A DNA stretch of 29,166 nucleotides from a virus (IMGVR_UViG_3300044836_000082:1-29166), one strand, 5' to 3'. Shown: positions 1 to 9,285, counted from the first letter of the stretch. Numbers and translations: made by a program. Notes: a model not told the origin generated them from the sequence alone.

Positions 1-213
1 TCACTTCTCACCCTTTGATTTGCTTCCCTGCTTCACCTTGCGTGGCCTTCCTACCTTACGCTCTGCGACCAGCTTCAAATCACTTTCCTTAATCAGATGG
101 TCGCGTCCGTATTGCTGAGAAGGCAGGCGACCCGATTCAATTAAGGCGAGCACGCGGCGCGTCGTGACGCCCAGTCTCTCTGCTACTTGCGGTGTGGTTA
201 GCATTTTATCCAT
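1..213 (-). CDS. HTH_17 (excisionase/MerR-like) DNA-binding protein, probably repressor of the divergent operon
   Basis: MLTTPQVAERLGVTTRRVLALIESGRLPS...GRDHLIKESDL is a typical HTH_17 signature, with a basic GRPRK tail; divergent from 330..590. Confidence 0.8.
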   Translation of the reverse strand: MDKMLTTPQVAERLGVTTRRVLALIESGRLPSQQYGRDHLIKESDLKLVAERKVGRPRKVKQGSKSKGEK

Positions 214-219
214 GACACC

Positions 220-248
220 TTTATACCCGAATAATATTTATTCCGCAA
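220..248 (-). promoter_or_regulatory. Sigma70-type promoter giving a leaderless mRNA for the HTH_17 gene
   Basis: Minus strand TTGCGG(248-243)-17 nt-TATAAA(225-220), then 6 nt and the ATG at 213; no SD. Confidence 0.6.
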
Positions 249-292
249 GCGAATATTTATATTGACTAAACTATTCGGATGCAGTATAGTTT
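239..292. promoter_or_regulatory. Candidate operator palindromes overlapping both divergent promoters
   Basis: TATTC-N7-GAATA at 239-255; AAACTAT-N11-ATAGTTT at 268-292, containing TATTC-N7-GTATA. Confidence 0.5.
262..290 (+). promoter_or_regulatory. Sigma70-type promoter for the SWIM gene pair
   Basis: TTGACT(262-267)-17 nt-TATAGT(285-290), near consensus. Confidence 0.75.
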
Positions 293-329
293 AATAGTTG
301 GTCAGGGATACCCCGAAAGGATAAACCAA

Positions 330-590
330 ATGTTCATCATCGAAGAAACAAACATCGCAGGCGCAATCAAAAGAGCTAAAGACCTGCATCCGAAAGTCCG
401 CATGATTGAATTTGGCGTCTACTCCGTCACGGGCAGCAAGGGTAACACCTACACCGTGCGCTGCCAGCGTCAATCAATCGGCAAAGTAGTTGATTGCACT
501 TGCAAGACTAAAGATTTTACCGCGTGCAAGCATGCGATGGCTGCCGTGAGTCTGCACATCGAAGTGGCAAGGCGACGAAAGGAGGCATAG
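330..590 (+). CDS. SWIM zinc-finger protein
   Basis: YTV...CTC...CKH (CxC-xn-CxH) SWIM motif; start moved to ATG 330 behind SD AAAGGA because the track start at 279 lies inside the promoter. Confidence 0.75.
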   Translation: MFIIEETNIAGAIKRAKDLHPKVRMIEFGVYSVTGSKGNTYTVRCQRQSIGKVVDCTCKTKDFTACKHAMAAVSLHIEVARRRKEA

Positions 591-594
591 AAAT

Positions 595-810
595 ATGAAA
601 CACAAAATCACAGCCGACCACGTAATTGAGAGCTATCTGCTTGCCACCGAATCTCGCCCACAATGGGCACATCTCTATGTCCTGCTCCAGTGCCTACGCC
701 GCTGGCCGGAGCACGCCGCCGCACTCGTCGAATATCTGGCGATAGAGGCGTGGATGGACGCCCGGCCTGACGCGGACGAGCCGGAGACGGACAAGATGAG
801 CGTGGCTTAA
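595..810 (+). CDS. Hypothetical protein (71 aa)
   Basis: SD AGGAGG upstream, 4 nt after the SWIM stop; converges on the end of the tail operon. Confidence 0.6.
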   Translation: MKHKITADHVIESYLLATESRPQWAHLYVLLQCLRRWPEHAAALVEYLAIEAWMDARPDADEPETDKMSVA

Positions 811-1121
811 GGGTTATAAGTGACTCTGACGGGGATCGCCGCATGGACAATGCCTGTCACGCTGCCCGCGTGAATCTTCAAATCAAAATCCACAGTCGTC
901 TCAGCATAAGGCGTGAGAGAAATCGGATCGGTCGCCAGATCGGCAAAGTCCGCTGTGCCATGTCTGCGCGCGAGTACCTGAGCGGCAGAATTCTCTTCGG
1001 CGGCAAGATACTGATTGGCTTTGCAGGCCACGCGAATGACGAGCGTGGCGCTATCAGTATTCTCGACGAGCGACAGCGGCAGTGCCGTGATCGGATTACC
1101 GTTCGTATCTAAAATGCTCAT
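807..1121 (-). CDS. Putative virion/tail-associated beta-rich protein (104 aa)
   Basis: Last gene of the late operon; start MSILDTNG behind SD GAGG. Confidence 0.55.
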   Translation of the reverse strand: MSILDTNGNPITALPLSLVENTDSATLVIRVACKANQYLAAEENSAAQVLARRHGTADFADLATDPISLTPYAETTVDFDLKIHAGSVTGIVHAAIPVRVTYNP

Positions 1122-1135
1122 CTGAACCTCAAATC

Positions 1136-1291
1136 TTACTTCTTGATAAGCCCTTCGATTGTTAGCTGAGTTAAACGATAGGCCAATACAAGCAAAGCAA
1201 CTTGCCACCAGTCAATCTGTAAGCCGAGCAGCTTCCACATCAGTGCCGTTGCGAACCATCCGCAAATTGAAGCGATCAAATCCTTCTTCAT
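1136..1291 (-). CDS. Small two-TM membrane protein, holin candidate (51 aa; not in ORF track)
   Basis: MKKDLIASICGWFATALMWKLLGLQIDWWQVALLVLAYRLTQLTIEGLIKK; ATGA overlap with upstream stop at 1288-1291; fills the gap. Confidence 0.6.
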   Translation of the reverse strand: MKKDLIASICGWFATALMWKLLGLQIDWWQVALLVLAYRLTQLTIEGLIKK

Positions 1292-2325
1292 CCCGCAAAT
1301 TCTCTCATAGCTCCGAAGGGCGTGGTAATGTGAATGGGAGCACCTGCCCTACTCCACACATAAAACACCTCGCCTCCAGTGATGACCATGCCGCACAGAT
1401 ATGCGCCATTGAGTTCAGTTCGAGCATCCTCGACGGAGAGCTGAAGGGTCGCGCCTAATTCCGGGTACTCCGGAAAACGCCCGTCAATGTAAGCCGAAGT
1501 CGCGGCGGCCTGCGCACCGGACAGCGTAGCTGTCAACACTCTATTCGCGCCCGGAAAGCTCTCGACTACATCTTCCACCGGCAAGTTAATATCCAGAGAG
1601 GGGGACACCGGGAGCCGATCATTAAATGGGTCGCCCACATCATTTCTGAAGGTATTGAAGAGATTAGGACGCAAGTAAACCTTCGTCACGCCTGCGCCGA
1701 GTTTGAAATCCTCCGCTTCCGCCGATGAGGGGTCAGCCCCACGGGTGAGCTTGAAAGAAGCATTATCTGCGGTGTCAAAATATTGATAGTAGTACAGACA
1801 ATTGATCTGGATTTGCAGGTCGCTATTGAAACGGGCCTTAACCTTTCCCTGCTCATTCCAGCCCACCGATAGCGGAGAAGGCGCGGGCAAGGTCACAAGC
1901 GAGGGGCGCACGTTTCCACGGCCTACGACAAAACGCTCGGTGCCTGACTGAGAGGAAAGAATTAGATCGAGATATAAGAACTCGCTCTCAAATGGAAGCC
2001 TGAAACAGACCGGGCGGTCTATCGAGTCATGGATCACGCCAAGCGGGTCGCCTGCGAGATATGCAGTGTTCAGCTCTCCGGCGTCCGGTTGGCGCGGATC
2101 GGCGAGTTGATAGCTGTGAGTAACGAGATCATATCTCAGTCCCAGATCATAAAACTCAAATTGCAATCCGCTCTTGCGCCGGATGTAACGCGCGCTCGAT
2201 TTGCTAACCGGCAGAATGCCGCGCGGTGCGCCGGTCTGAGCTGCACCGCTTTCGTCTTTGCGGCGACGCTTCTTAATTGTAATCTTGAGCCGGTCGCCCG
2301 GATGGATAGGAATCTTCCCGCTCAC
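1288..2325 (-). CDS. Minor tail / tail-tip protein
   Basis: 345-aa ORF overlapping the 738-aa tail gene by 4 nt; position in tail operon. Confidence 0.5.
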   Translation of the reverse strand: MSGKIPIHPGDRLKITIKKRRRKDESGAAQTGAPRGILPVSKSSARYIRRKSGLQFEFYDLGLRYDLVTHSYQLADPRQPDAGELNTAYLAGDPLGVIHDSIDRPVCFRLPFESEFLYLDLILSSQSGTERFVVGRGNVRPSLVTLPAPSPLSVGWNEQGKVKARFNSDLQIQINCLYYYQYFDTADNASFKLTRGADPSSAEAEDFKLGAGVTKVYLRPNLFNTFRNDVGDPFNDRLPVSPSLDINLPVEDVVESFPGANRVLTATLSGAQAAATSAYIDGRFPEYPELGATLQLSVEDARTELNGAYLCGMVITGGEVFYVWSRAGAPIHITTPFGAMREFAG

Positions 2326-4538
2326 AGCACTGCCACCTCTCCACCTTCAGCCGTCATCCGTATCTGAAAATCATTCTCGCCCTGATGAGAGCCTGAGAGT
2401 TGAAGGCTTTCGAGCATGAAGGTGCCAAGGGCACTGCCTGCCCGGTCGAGTATCTTACGCACGGAGCCGCGGTGCAGGCTGAAGTCGAGTCCGACAGGCG
2501 CGAAGCGCAGAGTAGAGGGAGGCGTATTGAGCCGGTTGAGTTTGCGATGGCCTAAAGGTAGCGCAAGTGAGCCGGGCATTTCTCCTGCGCTGAAGACAGA
2601 CACACGGCGACCATCCAGTTCAGTCCCTGCAATGGTCAATAGCACTTGCTTCGTCAATCCCCCGCGGGCGCTGAAGGCGACGGCTCCGACTCTCGGCTGC
2701 GCTGAGGAGTGTTCTGAGGTATTCGCCAGATGATCCAGAACGACCGTATAGACCTCAACCTGCCCGTCGCCGCGCGTGCGCAGTGATTCAATCGTCGTCT
2801 TGATCGGCTTGAACTCAGCAGTCTGGCCGCCACCCGTCTGAATCTGTCCACTCCGGTGTGCGTCTCTAATCGGTAGACGAAAGGGAGCATCCAGATAAGT
2901 ATTGTCAGAATCTTTGACGACCAGCCCCCGCTCATACGTCACGGTTGCGTCCTGAATGCTCTCTCCCGGCCTCGTCGGATGTGGGCGATAGCTGCACGAG
3001 CATTGTTCTTGCATCACGGTTTGCAGCGCCAATGCGCCGCTATCGGTAAGGTTTGGCACCAGGGATTCGACGGTGCGCGTGTGGCTCAGCTTGCGGCCAA
3101 GAAAGTCAAACTGGTCAGATTGCGTTTCGCGGTGAATCGTTTCGAGTAAATGGTCAACGATTTCGGTCTTCGTCTCTTCTACTACCTCGCGCACGATTGC
3201 AGCAGGCGAGGCAGTGTTGCGATACTCACGCACCTTGCGTGTCACTTCTGTGCGCGTATAGCCCTCGTCGCCGAACCTGCCCTGCTCAATCGGCTCCTGG
3301 TCGAAACGGTAAGTGTAGTAATCGCCGCCGTCTTCCTGATAAACGAGAATCAGCGCATTCGTAGTAGCCTGTGCAGGCAGACTGTCACTGACATCCACAT
3401 AATCATCCACCGTCAAAGTTTGTGCTGAAAATCCGGCTGGCAAAGGCGCGCCGCGCTCGACGAGCCAGAGCGTCTCGCCTTCAACAAAATAAATCGGATC
3501 GAACGGCGCGACGAGCGGAGAGACTCCCGCATGCCAGCCTCCTTCAAGGGAAAAGTCTGCGCGCGTGACAGGATAATTAGGGATATTCGTCCGCACTGCC
3601 TCGAATCCGCATCCCGCGACATAGGCGCGATTCAGGACTTGATAGAGAGAAAGCCCTGCGCTCTGTTCAAAGACGGGAAGGACGGCTGTGCCATCTTCTT
3701 TGTGAATCGCATGAGCCTCGTCAATCTGCGTGTCGAGATCGGCTTTCTCAGGATCATAGAGAGTCACTGGACGACGGTCACGGGGGCCAAGCTGCCAGCG
3801 ATCCGCCAGAGGGTTAATGGCAGAAAAGGTCAGTGAGTCCGACGGACGGCCTACGGGTTTACCGGGCTGGAATGAGATTGTGTAATCGCGGCCCGCGAGC
3901 TTTCCATTTTCCAGTAATGTCTGCCAGACCCATGCGCCGGAAGCCCAGATACCCACCTCGAATTTATAAGACGAGTTTGAAGAGAGCTGATTCAGCAGGG
4001 GCCGCGCAAGCGTGACGGAGAGCTGCGAGCCAAGCACGTCGCGGGGACTAGAGAGCATAAAGGTGCTGAAAGGAATATCTTCGTCATCAATCATGAGGCG
4101 CGCACTGTAGCGACGACTGCGCCCCGACGCAGCAGCCTGAACGGCGCTATTAATCACCGTCAGAAAGATAGTGAAGCAAAACTCTTCACCGCGCACAAGA
4201 GAAGATTGCGCTTCAATCGAGGTCGAGCCAAAGCTTTTCCCTGCCGCTTCCATTTGCAGCAGACTGCCGGCAGCAGCAGAGGTAATGCCTGCCGACATGC
4301 CTGAGCCAAACACGTTCGGCTCGTTGCCCAGCCGCAAAGTCCCTGAAGCCACCGTCGAGCCTGCTGAGATGCCAGCTACGTCGCCTGAGAGCGATCCGGA
4401 GGCCGTAGCTGCGGTCGCCCCTGCGCTTCTGCCGGAGTTAGATTGCGCCACGCTGGCCGTGCCGGAAGCAATCGTCAATCCGATGACGACGCCCAAAGGC
4501 GCGAAGCCGGCTTGAGTTTGAGTCGGAAAGACGCTCAT
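2322..4538 (-). CDS. Large minor tail protein (tail-tip/hub-like) with G/S/A-rich N-terminus
   Basis: 738 aa, downstream of tape measure; beta-rich; synteny. Confidence 0.6.
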   Translation of the reverse strand: MSVFPTQTQAGFAPLGVVIGLTIASGTASVAQSNSGRSAGATAATASGSLSGDVAGISAGSTVASGTLRLGNEPNVFGSGMSAGITSAAAGSLLQMEAAGKSFGSTSIEAQSSLVRGEEFCFTIFLTVINSAVQAAASGRSRRYSARLMIDDEDIPFSTFMLSSPRDVLGSQLSVTLARPLLNQLSSNSSYKFEVGIWASGAWVWQTLLENGKLAGRDYTISFQPGKPVGRPSDSLTFSAINPLADRWQLGPRDRRPVTLYDPEKADLDTQIDEAHAIHKEDGTAVLPVFEQSAGLSLYQVLNRAYVAGCGFEAVRTNIPNYPVTRADFSLEGGWHAGVSPLVAPFDPIYFVEGETLWLVERGAPLPAGFSAQTLTVDDYVDVSDSLPAQATTNALILVYQEDGGDYYTYRFDQEPIEQGRFGDEGYTRTEVTRKVREYRNTASPAAIVREVVEETKTEIVDHLLETIHRETQSDQFDFLGRKLSHTRTVESLVPNLTDSGALALQTVMQEQCSCSYRPHPTRPGESIQDATVTYERGLVVKDSDNTYLDAPFRLPIRDAHRSGQIQTGGGQTAEFKPIKTTIESLRTRGDGQVEVYTVVLDHLANTSEHSSAQPRVGAVAFSARGGLTKQVLLTIAGTELDGRRVSVFSAGEMPGSLALPLGHRKLNRLNTPPSTLRFAPVGLDFSLHRGSVRKILDRAGSALGTFMLESLQLSGSHQGENDFQIRMTAEGGEVAVL

Positions 4539-4544
4539 CAGTTC

Positions 4545-5705
4545 TTAGGCCGTGCCTCCGATCAGCATGGGGTCTGCGGCAAACACTCTAAAACAGTCGC
4601 AGAGCACTGTTGCTGAGGCTGTGGAGCCATTGTTATAGATAAACAATCCAAACTCAGCAGGGGCGAAAGGAATCGTGCCGCTTCGCCTGAGATACCACAC
4701 CAGCGCCTCAGCACTTGATGTGTAGAATTTGTAGTTGGTTCCGCTCTTGACTATCTTGAGCCAGATAAAACCCGTTGATTCGAGGGTTGAGGCGTCATAG
4801 CTCGAAAGGTCAGAGCTGTAGGTATTATGGTCGTCCCATACTTCGCCTGCGCTTGTGTGACTCCCCGCGCTGTCATAGAGGGAAAAGGTTACGATGTCAG
4901 TCGTATTAGGATTACCCGTAGCATCGGCAAAGAGAGCCAAGCCCCCCTCCACATAGCTTGCCCGGTTACTTATCAAGGCCAGCCGGGTTGCTATTGCCCA
5001 ATCCCCGGAGGGGACAGCTTGAAATCTCCCGGAGAGTTTATATCCCGACTGCGAGGTCTGCACGATCTTGAGACAACTATCCGCTATAGTTTGCGTCGAG
5101 TCGGATGATTGAAAGAGAGTCCACAGTCCTGAGTCTTCGTGGAACTCATCATTCTGCGCATGTGGAGAGGCAGGCCCAGCCTGCGCGAGATAGTATCCGC
5201 CCGTGCCGCCGCCGACGCCTCCTCCGGTCGAAGACAAGGTGATCGTGTCCTCATCCGGGTCATACTCGACCATGACACCTGAGCCTTCGACCAGAGAGCC
5301 AGCGACCGCCGCGATCACCTCCGCTTCAGTGAGTCCTGCCGTCTGGCCGTCCTCAATCGTCAGACCCAGATAGATAGGTGCCGTGATGCGCTCCGGCGGA
5401 AGATCATCAACATCCAGAGTGATAATGTCGCCACGAGAAACCTCCACCGTCAGGCCGGAGACATGAGCGGTCATCTGTCCGGTCAAGATGGAGGGACGAT
5501 CCGACAGGCTGCTGAAAAGGCTCGCGCCGTTTTGGTTGATGTCACAGACGACGGAGAATCCGGTGCTGGCAAAGGGCGCGCCAATCCATACATCTGCGCG
5601 CTCGATATAGCTGCCGACGGGTAAGCCCGGTAGGCGCAGGTAGATGACGCCCTGCGTGACATTGAGGACATGCTGATAAGTACCGGCTGAAACGTATTGC
5701 TTCAT
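4545..5705 (-). CDS. Tail fibre / receptor-binding protein with C-terminal concanavalin-like (jelly-roll) domain
   Basis: N-terminal virion domain (CDINQNGASLF...GDIITLDVD), Gly-rich hinge, C-terminal DEF...W...WLKIVKSGTNYKFYTS...FGLF...DCFRV lectin-like pattern. Confidence 0.6.
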   Translation of the reverse strand: MKQYVSAGTYQHVLNVTQGVIYLRLPGLPVGSYIERADVWIGAPFASTGFSVVCDINQNGASLFSSLSDRPSILTGQMTAHVSGLTVEVSRGDIITLDVDDLPPERITAPIYLGLTIEDGQTAGLTEAEVIAAVAGSLVEGSGVMVEYDPDEDTITLSSTGGGVGGGTGGYYLAQAGPASPHAQNDEFHEDSGLWTLFQSSDSTQTIADSCLKIVQTSQSGYKLSGRFQAVPSGDWAIATRLALISNRASYVEGGLALFADATGNPNTTDIVTFSLYDSAGSHTSAGEVWDDHNTYSSDLSSYDASTLESTGFIWLKIVKSGTNYKFYTSSAEALVWYLRRSGTIPFAPAEFGLFIYNNGSTASATVLCDCFRVFAADPMLIGGTA

Positions 5706-5725
5706 GATTTGTCTCGCACAGATGA

Positions 5726-5745
5726 AACGTCAAAGAACGTCAAAG
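5726..5745. repeat. Tandem 10-bp direct repeat AACGTCAAAG x2
   Basis: Intergenic, upstream of the fibre gene; 18/20 copy at 22758-22777. Confidence 0.7.
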
Positions 5746-5766
5746 TCAGGGCGCGGCCTGTGGCCT

Positions 5767-6162
5767 TTAATCTTCGGTGAATTGCAACTGGGCGATGGCG
5801 AAGCTGAAGGTGTCGCCGTTGACGATGGTGCGCGCGGTCGTTAGCGGCCCCCAAAATAATTGATTGCCGCCGGTCAGCGCGTCTCTCAGCTCAAACCATC
5901 CGACCGTGCCCCACGCGCCCGACGCCTGGGCGAATGTGATCGCGGCACTGTTCGAGACGACGCTGCCAGTTCTCGTCCAATTGGTTGCGTCATTAGTGAC
6001 CGCCGCGCGAGCATAAGAACCGCCCGTCACCTCTGTGCCCCCTCCTGCATCCGTCGGCGCTGAAATCAATAGCGCGACATATACAGTCGCGGGCGGGGTA
6101 AATGCAGCGATGCCGAACAGGTCATCTAAGACTTTGGCTTCTAAATAATCAGATTTACTCAT
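5767..6162 (-). CDS. Conserved phage tail-fibre-associated protein
   Basis: MSKSDYLEAKVLD...TVYVAL...PTDAGGGTEVTGGSYARAAV...ITF...WGTV...D...GN pattern typical of small tail proteins; start ATG 6162. Confidence 0.7.
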   Translation of the reverse strand: MSKSDYLEAKVLDDLFGIAAFTPPATVYVALLISAPTDAGGGTEVTGGSYARAAVTNDATNWTRTGSVVSNSAAITFAQASGAWGTVGWFELRDALTGGNQLFWGPLTTARTIVNGDTFSFAIAQLQFTED

Positions 6163-6163
6163 C

Positions 6164-6589
6164 TCATGCTCCTGCGCCTGCGCTAACAAAGCGCAGGACG
6201 ACGTTGTTGATATAGCCGCCTGAGAACTGTCCGGTTGAAAGCCAGTTCTCACCCGGCATGGCTTGCACGTCGAAATTGCTGGGCAGCCCTAAACCGATTA
6301 TGCGAAGGGTTGAGAGCGCATCTTCAGCGGTATTGAGCAAAGTGAGCAGAGCTTCATACAATTCAACCGGGCAGTTGGTCAGCTCTACCTCAAAATGTTT
6401 CCCTTCCTGATCAAGGTCTACCTGTAGCTCGTAAGCTTTTCCGCTGGCCGCTATAACCACAGCCCTCGCGTATTTCGAGCGAAAGGATTCAACACCCCTG
6501 CATAGAACTTTGCAGGGCAGGCCAGCCGAGGTCCCGTCGCTCGTCAAATAGATGCTGCCGATTTTGACGAAATAAAATCTATCACTCAT
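6164..6589 (-). CDS. Distal-tail-like protein
   Basis: 141 aa immediately after tape measure; synteny only. Confidence 0.5.
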   Translation of the reverse strand: MSDRFYFVKIGSIYLTSDGTSAGLPCKVLCRGVESFRSKYARAVVIAASGKAYELQVDLDQEGKHFEVELTNCPVELYEALLTLLNTAEDALSTLRIIGLGLPSNFDVQAMPGENWLSTGQFSGGYINNVVLRFVSAGAGA

Positions 6590-9276
6590 CAGAAAATATC
6601 CCCGGGCCGTCGCGTCCCCTCCGGCTGGCCTAAATCTGCGCGCGGCGATTTGCCAAGCACTTCAAGCGTGCCATCGTCGCGCAGCCTCATGTCTAATTGA
6701 ACCGGCTCTCCGTCAATCTTGATGCCTTTGTCACTAACGATCCTACTGAAGACGTTCAAGAATGAGTCCATGGAAGCGCGCTCGCGAATTCGGTCTTGCT
6801 GCCCGGAGCCGGATATAAAATTATTGCCGTATCCGGCATGGAAAAATTCTCGCTGATAAGGATTATCGGCGTCGACCTCTCGCGGGTCGTTCCTCGGCGA
6901 GTAGCCGGGACGTGCGCGGAAGAAATCCTGCGAGTAAGGATTTACCTGAACGGGCGCGGCTGCTCTGGCCAGCCGCGCCGTCAAAGGTGACGCTGCATCG
7001 CCCTGGAAATGCGGATCATTAACTGATGTGGCAGCTTGCCGCTCATCCTGCGCCGCGCGTGCGGCCGCCTGCGCGGCGAGAGGTGACGTGTCAAGGCGCT
7101 TGACCTCCCAAGTCCAACTGTCGTCTTTGGTCGGGTCTGCGCCCGGCTTGAGCTTCGTCGTCCACTGCCACTTGCCTTCATCCTCTCCGGTCACCGCATC
7201 CTTCGCTGTGCCCGGCTCTTTCCCCTGATTCTCGATAGCCTCTTTGATCTGATAAAGAATGCCGCCCGGACTGATCAATTCATCTTGAAATCTGCGCGCG
7301 TCCTCCTCTAAGGCGCGTTGATGCTGAGCCTCTTCCCTCAGAGCTGCAATCGTTCCCTGTCTCAAAGCGCCGGTGAGTTCTTTGGGATCAAGAGCTTTAG
7401 CGATGGCTAAAAACTCCTGGCGAACCGTGTCACGGTCTCCACCGGGCGCAAGGCGCGCTAACTCGGAAAGCTCGCGCCCTGCGAGTTGCACACCCGCGCG
7501 CCCTGCCTCAGCCCGTTTGATCTCATCCTGAATGTCTGATTGTGCGCGCTCCGCTTGAGCCGTGAGAGCACGCGAGCGGTCAGAGGCTAACTGCCGGGTC
7601 AGAGGGTCGGGTGAGTAACGCGCGGTGATGGGCAGATGCTTGGTTTGCTCTAAGATGTAATCGTCAATAAGCTTCTGCGCTGTGCGCGCGGCTTCATCAG
7701 AACCGGTGGGACGAAGACGTTTGACGTTCTCATAATCGGCAAACTCTTCGCGCCGAAGCTGAAAAGCATTCTGACGATAAAAGCCGCGTTCATATGCTTC
7801 AGCTTCGCGGCGCGCAGCAGGAGCGCTCTCAGCGGCTTCGAAGCGTTTTTGGAAAATACCAAGGGAGCGGGCTTGCTCGGCTGAGACTCCGATAATTCCT
7901 TTCTCTAAACTGTCGGCCTGAAATTCTAATTGAACAGCTTTCAGATTCGACTGGAGGCGTGCTCTAAATTGCTCTTGCTCAATCGCGGCCCGCTCCATTT
8001 TTTGAAGTTGCCTGACAACATCATCTCCGAGGCTGCTGAATTGCTGTCGCAACCTCTCAGCAGATGTCCCGGCCTGACTGAACAAGCGAACAAACGGATT
8101 ATCCTCGCCATGCGCGCGGGTGCCGATGTCATCAAGCAAGCTTCGGGCGGCGTCCCGCGCTGACCGCATCTGGACAACCAGGTTGGAGGTCAGGCTGTCG
8201 AACTGCTTTTGATATTTGTCCAGATCGTCAGTGCTGAGACCGCCCTTCAAGCTCTCAAGGAGACCGCGCAGCTCACGGATGCGATCTAATTGTTGGTCGG
8301 GTAATAAGACCTGGCTCTCTCCGCTAAATTTTTCAAAGGCTGCCTGTAGCGCGCGCGCGCTTTGCTGTTGTTGTTGGAGAGTGGCCTGCTCTTGTTGCGC
8401 CGTCTGGGCGGCGGTTTTCGGACTCTGTGCGGCAGCCAGCCTTGTCTTTTCCGCTTCCGCGCCCCGCTTTTCCGACTCTCTCTGCTGGCGCACCGCTTCA
8501 GGCTCTCCGAATTGCCCGAAACTTACTCCGTACAGCAGCCCGCTCCAACTCGTGTAGGTATCAAGGAATGAGGCCGCATAGTCCTGCGCCAAATCATGGG
8601 CGGAATTTTTGAAACGCTCGATTCGCGCCGCAGAGGAATTGAAACGCTCTGCGGCGAGGTCAGCAAATTCCCCCGAGCGAGCGAGAGCCGCATTAACTAA
8701 CGCCTGCGATCTCTCCATCTCGGTCAAGTGTGAGGTGACGGTGCCGATACTCCGGGCATATTTATCAAGCACGAGTTCCGAGCTTCGCCCGGTCAACTGC
8801 TCGAAAGCCTGACCTTCGCCTCGTCCGAGTTCCTGAAAGAGTTTGGCAGCCTCTTTCGCATCAAGCCCGCGCGCCTGGACGATAGTCGAGAGCCTGTCTG
8901 AGAGGTCGGCCCCTTTGAACACATTGCCGCTGTGCAGTTGCAGGTCGGCTAAAGCGCCGGCCAACTCGCGCGCGGCATCTCGCTGAGAGCCGAGTTTGGC
9001 GGTGAAGGTATCCGCGTAGCCGGAGGCGGTTTGAAAAGCGGTCCCGGTATCATGTTCGGCGAGCTGAAGCTTACGGGCAGAGGTTTCGGCTTCCCCTTGC
9101 AGTTTGATCAGCTCGCGCACGCCCTCTAGAGCTGCGACTCCGACGCCGAGCGCAGCAAACTTTGGCCCGTAAGCCGCAAGCGACGCGGCACTGGTTAATT
9201 CCGGTGGCGCGCCAACCGCGCCACCTATCGCGCCGATGGCTCGACGCCTAGCGAAATTTCCGGGTCTATAGCTCAT
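6589..9276 (-). CDS. Tape measure protein
   Basis: 895 aa, Ala/Gln/Glu/Arg-rich helical, directly after the tail chaperone pair. Confidence 0.8.
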   Translation of the reverse strand: MSYRPGNFARRRAIGAIGGAVGAPPELTSAASLAAYGPKFAALGVGVAALEGVRELIKLQGEAETSARKLQLAEHDTGTAFQTASGYADTFTAKLGSQRDAARELAGALADLQLHSGNVFKGADLSDRLSTIVQARGLDAKEAAKLFQELGRGEGQAFEQLTGRSSELVLDKYARSIGTVTSHLTEMERSQALVNAALARSGEFADLAAERFNSSAARIERFKNSAHDLAQDYAASFLDTYTSWSGLLYGVSFGQFGEPEAVRQQRESEKRGAEAEKTRLAAAQSPKTAAQTAQQEQATLQQQQQSARALQAAFEKFSGESQVLLPDQQLDRIRELRGLLESLKGGLSTDDLDKYQKQFDSLTSNLVVQMRSARDAARSLLDDIGTRAHGEDNPFVRLFSQAGTSAERLRQQFSSLGDDVVRQLQKMERAAIEQEQFRARLQSNLKAVQLEFQADSLEKGIIGVSAEQARSLGIFQKRFEAAESAPAARREAEAYERGFYRQNAFQLRREEFADYENVKRLRPTGSDEAARTAQKLIDDYILEQTKHLPITARYSPDPLTRQLASDRSRALTAQAERAQSDIQDEIKRAEAGRAGVQLAGRELSELARLAPGGDRDTVRQEFLAIAKALDPKELTGALRQGTIAALREEAQHQRALEEDARRFQDELISPGGILYQIKEAIENQGKEPGTAKDAVTGEDEGKWQWTTKLKPGADPTKDDSWTWEVKRLDTSPLAAQAAARAAQDERQAATSVNDPHFQGDAASPLTARLARAAAPVQVNPYSQDFFRARPGYSPRNDPREVDADNPYQREFFHAGYGNNFISGSGQQDRIRERASMDSFLNVFSRIVSDKGIKIDGEPVQLDMRLRDDGTLEVLGKSPRADLGQPEGTRRPGDIF

Positions 9277-9285
9277 TCGACCAAC

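Noticed and set aside
279-329. N-terminal extension of the SWIM ORF from ATG 279
   Set aside because: That ATG lies between the -35 and -10 of its own promoter; ATG 330 has an SD
807-5705. Diversity-generating retroelement acting on tail/fibre genes
   Set aside because: No reverse transcriptase and no TR/VR-like repeat pair seen in the window
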